A stretch of 64,000 nucleotides of DNA from a virus. The notes under the pieces are model-generated. The model was not told the origin of the DNA. It saw nothing but the letters and a program-made list of their open reading frames with translations, and made no database searches. The translations under genes were made by a program, and so were the position numbers. Below are positions 57,916 through 64,000 of the stretch, one piece after another. The DNA lies in the IMG/VR virus record IMGVR_UViG_3300017971_004694. One strand, given 5' to 3'. The first letter of the stretch is position 1. Every line of letters begins with the position of its first letter.

Positions 57916-59829
57916 TTATATGTCTAATCTAGCTTTTAAAGCCCCTTCTTCAATGAGCATTCTCCTTGGTTCAACTGCTTTGCCCATAAGGATGCCAAAA
58001 ATCCTATCAGCTTCTAAATAATCAGTAATTTCCATTTTCACAAGTTCCCTAGTTTTTGGATCCATGGTTGTATTCCACAACTGAGTAGGGCTCATTTCTC
58101 CAAGCCCCTTAAATCTTTGGATATTCCCCTTAAACTTCTTTTCTTTGATAAAATCTTTGAGAGACTTATCATCTTTTAAATAATAGCTTTTTCCGCGAAT
58201 ATCTATTCTGTAAAGTGGAGGTTGAGCCACATATATGTTGCCGTTCATAATCAACTGAGGCATCTGTCTGAAGAAAAAGGTCAACAATAATGCGCGGATG
58301 TGAGAGCCATCAACATCTGAGTCAGTCATTATGATAATTTTGTTGTAGCGAATCTTAGCTAAATCGATGCTTCTACCAATTCCAACACCTATGGCTGTGA
58401 TAAGATTACCGATTTCCTTGTTGCTCATCATTTTACTGAACTCGTTCTTCTCGATGTTGAGAACTTTACCACGAAGAGGCAGAATAGCTTGAAACATTCT
58501 GTCCCTGCCCTGCTTGGCTGAACCACCAGCTGAATCTCCCTCGACAATAAATATTTCACAAATTTCTGGATCTTTGGAACTGCAATCCGCAAGTTTCCCA
58601 GGAAGCAGCATTCCGCCATCCTTGAGCACGGATTTTCTAACTGCCTCCTTGGCTTTCTTGGCTGCCTCTCTGGCCTTGAAGGCATTTACACATCGAGTCA
58701 CTATTTTCTTGGAAAGTGGTGGATTTTTCTCCAAATAGTCCATAAGTTTCTCAGCAACAGTGCTCTCTACAGCCGTCCTGGCGTCCTCAGACACCAATTT
58801 TTCCTTGGTCTGCGAGCTAAACTTGGGGTTTGGGTGCCTGATGCTAAGAACTGCTATTAAGCCTTCCCTAATGTCGTCTCCAGACAGCGAGATTTTAAGG
58901 GATTTTGGGAGATCCGAGCTTGCTATGAAGCCATTTACGGTTCGAGTTATAGCAGTTTTGAAGCCAACCACATGAGATCCGCCGTCTGGGTTGGGGATAT
59001 TATTCGTATAACACTGCAATATTTCATCATCTTCCGCGCTGTCGAGCCACTGGAAAGCAACATCTACTACAATTTTGGATCCATTGCCAACTTCTTGCGT
59101 AAATTCAAAGGGTTTGGTTAATAGTTTGCCTGGAGCAAGAAACTCCACGAAGTTAGAGATGCCCTCATCGCTTCCAAACACCTCTTTATCTTTAGCTTTT
59201 TCATCAATGAACTCAATGGTTAGGCCCTTACAGAGAAAAGAAAGCTCTCTGAGCTTTTGTTTTACTCTTTCGCCGTCGAACTTAATTACATGATGGAATA
59301 TGTTGTTGTTGGGGACAAATCTAATTGTGGTTCCTCTGCCCTTTCCAGTTTTTTCATCCACGCCCGCCACTTTTTTACCTTTTTCGTAGGCAACGGTGTA
59401 TTCTTTGCCGTCTCTACGCACAGTTGCCCTGAGACGAGTCGAAAGAGCATTAACAACGGACACACCAACTCCATGTAATCCACCAGAGACAGCGTAAGCC
59501 TTTTTGTCAAACTTTCCTCCAGCATGTAGCTTTGTGAGAACGGCCTCCAGCGCCGTCATCTTTTCCTCTTTCATGTATTTCACAGGGATGCCACGACCAT
59601 TATCGGCTACGGAGGCGGATCCGTCCTTGTGGAGGGAAACCACAATCTTGTCGCAGTGACCAACCATGAACTCATCTACGCTATTGTCGAACACTTCCAT
59701 GATCATGTGGTGGTACCCAGTGCCGTCTTCTGTGTTGCCGATATACATGCCTGGATTCTGCACGACTCCTTCAAGACCCTTGAGAACCTTGATGTCATCG
59801 TAGCTGTCTTTCTTTTTTCTTGGCGTCAT
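57916..59829 (-). CDS. gyrB: Type IIA topoisomerase B subunit (GyrB-like)
   Basis: EVFDNSVDE, DNGRGIP, LHAGGKF, GGLHGVG, VEGDSAGG, PLRGK, MTDSDVDG, RFKGLGEM. Confidence 0.95.
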   Translation of the reverse strand: MTPRKKKDSYDDIKVLKGLEGVVQNPGMYIGNTEDGTGYHHMIMEVFDNSVDEFMVGHCDKIVVSLHKDGSASVADNGRGIPVKYMKEEKMTALEAVLTKLHAGGKFDKKAYAVSGGLHGVGVSVVNALSTRLRATVRRDGKEYTVAYEKGKKVAGVDEKTGKGRGTTIRFVPNNNIFHHVIKFDGERVKQKLRELSFLCKGLTIEFIDEKAKDKEVFGSDEGISNFVEFLAPGKLLTKPFEFTQEVGNGSKIVVDVAFQWLDSAEDDEILQCYTNNIPNPDGGSHVVGFKTAITRTVNGFIASSDLPKSLKISLSGDDIREGLIAVLSIRHPNPKFSSQTKEKLVSEDARTAVESTVAEKLMDYLEKNPPLSKKIVTRCVNAFKAREAAKKAKEAVRKSVLKDGGMLLPGKLADCSSKDPEICEIFIVEGDSAGGSAKQGRDRMFQAILPLRGKVLNIEKNEFSKMMSNKEIGNLITAIGVGIGRSIDLAKIRYNKIIIMTDSDVDGSHIRALLLTFFFRQMPQLIMNGNIYVAQPPLYRIDIRGKSYYLKDDKSLKDFIKEKKFKGNIQRFKGLGEMSPTQLWNTTMDPKTRELVKMEITDYLEADRIFGILMGKAVEPRRMLIEEGALKARLDI

Positions 59830-59832
59830 TAA

Positions 59833-60249
59833 TTACCCCGTGCGCTTCTTCTCCAATTTTTTGGATATATTTTCTAATACGGTTCGTATCTCCAAGCCCT
59901 CATACCTGGCCAGGGTGAGGGCCATCATCACAACGTCGCAGATTTCCTCTTCAAGCATATCATCTGCACTTACATCACCAAACTTTTTCTTCTTGTTGGT
60001 GGAGCCATTTTCAAACTCAATCGCCTCTGCGTATTCTCCAATCTCTTCCATGAGTTTCCTGAATAGCCTATCTCTATTCTCATTTTCCCATATCTTCCAT
60101 CTTCTCAAGAGATCGGCTATGTCGTCGTCAGCATAATCTACCAGATCACCAGTGCCCATTTCATATTCAACATCACGGGCCAAAACCTTTCGCTCGTTCT
60201 CTTTGATTTCTGCCCATCTATCATAATGGGTGTCTTTTCTCCAGGCCAT
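59833..60249 (-). CDS. MazG-like nucleotide pyrophosphohydrolase
   Basis: KLMEEIGEYAEAI...EEICDV; start refined to MAWRK. Confidence 0.75.
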   Translation of the reverse strand: MAWRKDTHYDRWAEIKENERKVLARDVEYEMGTGDLVDYADDDIADLLRRWKIWENENRDRLFRKLMEEIGEYAEAIEFENGSTNKKKKFGDVSADDMLEEEICDVVMMALTLARYEGLEIRTVLENISKKLEKKRTG

Positions 60250-60250
60250 T

Positions 60251-60424
60251 TTAATTTCCCTCATCTGTATGCGGATTTTTCTCCGAAATGAAATACTCTT
60301 CATTTAACCACTTATACAAATCTAAGTTTTTGCACAAGAGACAGCAGAAAGGAAAGTTTCCATTTTCCTTTGCTTTATCTACATCATGATTTTTCTTGCA
60401 TCCTGGACAAACTATAGTTTTCAC
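60251..60424 (-). CDS. yacG: YacG-like DNA gyrase inhibitor (57 aa)
   Basis: Not in ORF track; GTG start, GAGGAGG RBS; MKTIVCPGCKKNHDVDKAKENGNFPFCCLLCKNLDLYKWLNEEYFISEKNPHTDEGN. Confidence 0.85.
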   Translation of the reverse strand: MKTIVCPGCKKNHDVDKAKENGNFPFCCLLCKNLDLYKWLNEEYFISEKNPHTDEGN

Positions 60425-60609
60425 CCCTCCTCCTCGATTTTCATAAACTCATCTATCTCTTCTTCTGTATGTCCGACGCTCGGGTAACAACAATATTTGG
60501 TGTTTGCTTCTAACATATTAGAGATGTTTTCCTTATCTTTGTCGCTCAAAATAACCATAATTGGTTGGTCTTCAGCATCGTATATCGTATCACCAATTTT
60601 TACCTTCAT
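60421..60609 (-). CDS. Small hypothetical protein
   Basis: GGAG RBS; stop overlaps yacG start (GTGA). Confidence 0.7.
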   Translation of the reverse strand: MKVKIGDTIYDAEDQPIMVILSDKDKENISNMLEANTKYCCYPSVGHTEEEIDEFMKIEEEG

Positions 60610-61342
60610 TTACTTCTCCTTGTTTAACTTCTTTCCACGGATCAAAGTGGCCGTGTTTCCACAGCTTATAATGAGTCTTCTTGTGCGCCATTTTTTCTTT
60701 GTTCTCATATTCCAGATAATCCTCAAGAGTCTTTCCATCTTTTAAGAACTCCTGATATTGATTGTGGCAGAAAAGGCAATATTGGAAATATCCAAAGTTC
60801 TCTCTGTGTAGTGTAGTAGGGCCATGTTCAATTACTCCAAGCCGATGCTTGGGACTATAATAGCCTGCGTTCTGTTCCCAATCATAATAGCTAAACTTCT
60901 CAACAGTCGCAAGCATGGCCATCACACTATCTCTCATTACCTTTGCGAGGATGCTTGCTGCACCGACTTGCCAGATCGTTTCATCTGCCTTAATTACGGC
61001 TTCCTGCTGAATATCGACATTTGGAATCTCATAATTCCCATCGACTATGATCTTATCGATTCTATGATTTTCTTTTAGCTTATCCACAGCCCGCTTCATC
61101 GCGAGGAAACGAGCCCAGAAGATATTCATCTCCTCGATTTTCTTGGGAGAGGCTGTGCCGAAAGCGTGTGGAAGAACAACGCTTAAATATTTGTAAAGCT
61201 CTTCCCGTTTCTTCTTGGAAAGCTTCTTACTGTCTTTCACGCCTTTAATTAATGGGGCATCTGCTCGTGAAATTACGGCACATGCTAAAACGGGCCCTGC
61301 TATGGACCCGTATCCTACTTCATCGACATATACTATATTCAT
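60590..61342 (-). CDS. rnhB: Ribonuclease HII
   Basis: VDEVG.G..AGP, DSKKLS, VDG, KAD, AASILAKV.RD, N.GY, HR..F. Confidence 0.92.
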   Translation of the reverse strand: MNIVYVDEVGYGSIAGPVLACAVISRADAPLIKGVKDSKKLSKKKREELYKYLSVVLPHAFGTASPKKIEEMNIFWARFLAMKRAVDKLKENHRIDKIIVDGNYEIPNVDIQQEAVIKADETIWQVGAASILAKVMRDSVMAMLATVEKFSYYDWEQNAGYYSPKHRLGVIEHGPTTLHRENFGYFQYCLFCHNQYQEFLKDGKTLEDYLEYENKEKMAHKKTHYKLWKHGHFDPWKEVKQGEVNEGKNW

Positions 61343-61554
61343 ACTGTCGCCTCTCTAAATGTTCTCCGCCGCCAATACAATCCAGCAGATATGGTAAGCT
61401 CTTTTTGAACAAAGTAGAAAAACAAATGATCGAAGGTTGGAAACAGTGCGATGGTTATTTGATGAGAATAGTCATTACCATAAAACTTTCTTTTTTCATA
61501 GTTTTTGTATTCAGGCCAAGGATTAGGTCGCTTTTTCCTGCCTGTTATTTCCAT
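61339..61554 (-). CDS. Small hypothetical protein
   Basis: Coupled ORF chain. Confidence 0.55.
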   Translation of the reverse strand: MEITGRKKRPNPWPEYKNYEKRKFYGNDYSHQITIALFPTFDHLFFYFVQKELTISAGLYWRRRTFREATV

Positions 61555-61826
61555 TCCCTATCCCTTATTAGCTTCTTAAGCCACTTGAAAATGCCGGGGG
61601 TCTCATCATCTCCAAAATTGCCCCAAAACGTGCCGGCGCTGCCAAGGAGTTTCTCTTGGGAGTCCTGCAACCTCTTATAATCTTCCCATAACCCAGCCCT
61701 TCTAAGAGGATCGGCTACATTACCCCAGGTTGTTCTCTCGCCCTTCTCCGCAGCCGCTCTTAATATTTCTATCTTTTGGTCTTCCAAGTCCAGATATTCG
61801 TCCATCAATTCAACTAATCTTTCCAT
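61545..61826 (-). CDS. Small hypothetical protein
   Basis: Coupled ORF chain. Confidence 0.6.
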   Translation of the reverse strand: MERLVELMDEYLDLEDQKIEILRAAAEKGERTTWGNVADPLRRAGLWEDYKRLQDSQEKLLGSAGTFWGNFGDDETPGIFKWLKKLIRDREWK

Positions 61827-62071
61827 GAATCCGTCCTTCTATGTTTCATCTCTTCATATCGCTCGCTTTCTAATTCCTCCAGCCTGCGAAGCTTTCCTTT
61901 GTAGTGCGCCACCGCTTCCCAAAGCCGAAACAACCATTCACTCACTTTTCTCGCTTCCTCTGCCGCGAATTCATCATCAACATCGATGGCAAGTTGCATG
62001 ATTTCCTTTTCCCTACAATTCATTTCATCAATTAACTTACTAACTTGTCTGTAATATTCTCTGTCTTTCAT
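61814..62071 (-). CDS. Small hypothetical protein
   Basis: Coupled ORF chain. Confidence 0.6.
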   Translation of the reverse strand: MKDREYYRQVSKLIDEMNCREKEIMQLAIDVDDEFAAEEARKVSEWLFRLWEAVAHYKGKLRRLEELESERYEEMKHRRTDSWKD

Positions 62072-62397
62072 TTCACTTCCTCTATTCTTATCATAGTATT
62101 ACCACACTTGGGACAGGTCAAATACTCACCGAAATCATTTGGAAAATCTTCAACAGTCTCATAAAGCTCTTCGAATATTTTAGAACCATTGGGATCACAA
62201 TGAACGAGGTATAGAAAACTTGGATGTTTTGCTTTGTCCCAGCGCTGTCTAATGTTGCTCATGAGAACTTCTGCTGCCGAGTCATTAGGAAACTTTTTAA
62301 TTGTAACGTGGGCATCTCTGATAAAAACAGTATGACAGCCACTAATAACATGCGCAAATGCTCTACTTGGGTCTATAGTGCTATTTAGTATTTTCAT
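62068..62397 (-). CDS. Hypothetical protein with C-terminal CPKC
   Basis: ATGA coupling. Confidence 0.6.
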   Translation of the reverse strand: MKILNSTIDPSRAFAHVISGCHTVFIRDAHVTIKKFPNDSAAEVLMSNIRQRWDKAKHPSFLYLVHCDPNGSKIFEELYETVEDFPNDFGEYLTCPKCGNTMIRIEEVK

Positions 62398-62867
62398 AGA
62401 ATCCCCAATTTTCTCACTTGGATTAAACTTAATTGTCGGGTTGGTTTAGTTCTTGGGGTAAGGCCACCCACCACATCATCGGATTCTATAAATCTGTAAT
62501 GGATTTCAGGAAACTTTAGACTATCGATTATTATGAACCCCTTTATTCTATTTAGTTTGTCTATGTATTTCTCTTCATCATACTTTCTGCCCTGCCCTAT
62601 CATATAAGATGGAACAAACTTGACGCCATATTTCGTGAGTATCCTGACTTCATAGAGCAGTTCCTCGCTACTTACATCATAGAATCCCCCTTCATCATCG
62701 TTGTAGTCCAGATTTTCATATGCCTTGGTAAGTAATCCAGCAGCAATAGTGCCGAGAACTCTACCATCCACGCCCTTGAGGTTTATCAGAAGCTCCAAAG
62801 TAGTTTTTATATCATCCGGCAGCGGGTCAACACACAAAACCCTTTCTTTAATTGGTTCAAAAATCAT
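62394..62867 (-). CDS. Hypothetical protein, possible endonuclease partner of MTase
   Basis: Overlaps MTase stop; YDV...YEVR spacing like PD-(D/E)xK. Confidence 0.45.
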   Translation of the reverse strand: MIFEPIKERVLCVDPLPDDIKTTLELLINLKGVDGRVLGTIAAGLLTKAYENLDYNDDEGGFYDVSSEELLYEVRILTKYGVKFVPSYMIGQGRKYDEEKYIDKLNRIKGFIIIDSLKFPEIHYRFIESDDVVGGLTPRTKPTRQLSLIQVRKLGIL

Positions 62868-63678
62868 ATCTTTCCTCCACCAATCTTATAAGCTCTCTTT
62901 TAGAAAGTGAGCGAACACCTGCCGTATTATTTATTATCTTCGAAAAATCTATCGAGTTGATAATACTAACAAGCTCATCTGTTTCAAGCTCTTTAGACTT
63001 GATAAAGTAGTTGCTCTGCTCACTCATTTCGCTTATATTTACAAAAACTCTGCCGGTGCTTCCGCCTACCCTTCTAACCGCAAAATCACAATCTTCCTTT
63101 GTCGCAAAATCAAACAAATCTGTGGTGATTTTGAGCTTAACTATCTCTCTTTCAACCTCTCTCCTTTCCCATATTTGGAAAGCACAAGGCACATCTATCT
63201 CCTCGCCTTCATATATGAAAGACCTTTTTGGTATATCTTCGTCATGTATTAGGTGGAAGCTTTTGTGAAGTCTATTTTGGACGCTTATTTTTCTAAAGGT
63301 TCTTGGAAGTATAAAAGCTATGTAAGTGGAGAACTCGGCAGCGTGGTTGAAAAATCTAACGGCAATGCTGGCGTTTCTCCCAAAAGGGGGATTACCAAAA
63401 CAACAAACCTTCTCGCCATTTAGATTGGCGCCTTCTGGATGGAAGGCAAAGAAATCCATTTCAACAATGGAGGGATGGGCGGGATACTTATCAATCGCTA
63501 TGCAGTAGCCATCTATCTGTCGTGAAAAACTTCCATTTCCCGCTGATGGCTCAATGAACACATCTATGTCGCTGATTTTGGATAGGATAGAAATTATGCA
63601 TTTTCTTGCGACATCTACCTTGGTGTAGTATTTATCATGAACCGAATTGGTCTTATACTTTCTTTTTTCTTTAGTCAT
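62857..63678 (-). CDS. SAM-dependent amino-DNA methyltransferase (N6-adenine-like)
   Basis: Motif I FIEPSAGNG, motif IV GNPPF, FILP. Confidence 0.85.
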   Translation of the reverse strand: MTKEKRKYKTNSVHDKYYTKVDVARKCIISILSKISDIDVFIEPSAGNGSFSRQIDGYCIAIDKYPAHPSIVEMDFFAFHPEGANLNGEKVCCFGNPPFGRNASIAVRFFNHAAEFSTYIAFILPRTFRKISVQNRLHKSFHLIHDEDIPKRSFIYEGEEIDVPCAFQIWERREVEREIVKLKITTDLFDFATKEDCDFAVRRVGGSTGRVFVNISEMSEQSNYFIKSKELETDELVSIINSIDFSKIINNTAGVRSLSKRELIRLVEERYDF

Positions 63679-63696
63679 GTCTTACAAATCTCGCTC

Positions 63697-63924
63697 CTAT
63701 TGAGGTCCCGGCACGCCAAAAGCAGGCGTCTCCCGACCTCTATTGGGCACATTATCTTTGCCCCTTGGGCTGCTTGAAAAGGTGAAGTCGAAATTGAGCT
63801 TTCCGGATTCCAGAAGTTCCAGAAACTCATCCCAGCTCTCTTCTACCTTTTCGGCCATCTCCAGTTTCCCTTCTCTTACCAACTGGACGGTTAAGCCGTT
63901 TAAAAATTGAGCATACTTGTTCAT
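63697..63924 (-). CDS. Small hypothetical protein
   Basis: GGAGG RBS before ATG 63924. Confidence 0.65.
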   Translation of the reverse strand: MNKYAQFLNGLTVQLVREGKLEMAEKVEESWDEFLELLESGKLNFDFTFSSSPRGKDNVPNRGRETPAFGVPGPQ

Positions 63925-63952
63925 TACAATCCTCCACATACCTATGAAGAAT

Positions 63953-63961
63953 TATTGATAG
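63953..63961 (-). promoter_or_regulatory. Putative phage promoter core CTATCAATA
   Basis: 29 nt upstream of ATG 63924. Confidence 0.5.
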
Positions 63962-64000
63962 GTTATAACTATTTGATTACTTTAAGAAAACGCCTCCCAG

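Noticed and set aside
26918-59829. Inteins or introns in dnaE, terL, recA or gyrB
   Set aside because: Protein lengths are typical and no Hint or homing-endonuclease motifs were seen
1-64000. Numerous plus-strand ORFs in the track
   Set aside because: All are antisense shadows of long minus-strand genes, with no RBS or recognisable motifs
1-64000. Stop-codon reassignment as seen in some huge phages
   Set aside because: Conserved genes are full length in code 11 and TAG/TGA serve as genuine stops (e.g. 25213, 36280, 60421)

Overview
A 64-kb segment of a large tailed dsDNA bacteriophage (jumbo/huge-phage type; host not identifiable from the sequence). All credible genes are on the minus strand, tightly packed, standard genetic code. 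Three blocks: (1) 1-18.5 kb head/packaging cluster with portal, terminase large subunit, a class II nucleotidyltransferase and many acidic/low-complexity proteins sharing a helical module and K-x-A motifs; (2) 18.8-43 kb replication/recombination/chaperone cluster (sigma-type HTH, primase core, RecA, DnaJ, RuvC-like, gp32-like SSB, DnaE, trigger factor, Cas4-like nuclease, dNMP kinase, SbcCD, stand-alone primase zinc-binding domain, FtsK-like ATPase); (3) 44-58 kb array of four paralogous module-shuffled fibre-like proteins, then GyrB, MazG, RNase HII and an adenine methyltransferase. No tRNA, rRNA, CRISPR array, integrase or transposase was recognised. Best leads: a YacG gyrase-inhibitor homologue missed by the ORF track two genes from phage gyrB; about 42 DGY tripeptides in the fibre proteins; a long-range 5'-leader/3'-hairpin-loop pairing bracketing ssb; a hairpin loop complementary to a start codon at 13.4 kb; a primase split over genes 20 kb apart; a recurrent CTAT(C/T)AATA promoter-like motif. 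All family calls are by manual motif recognition; no database search was run.
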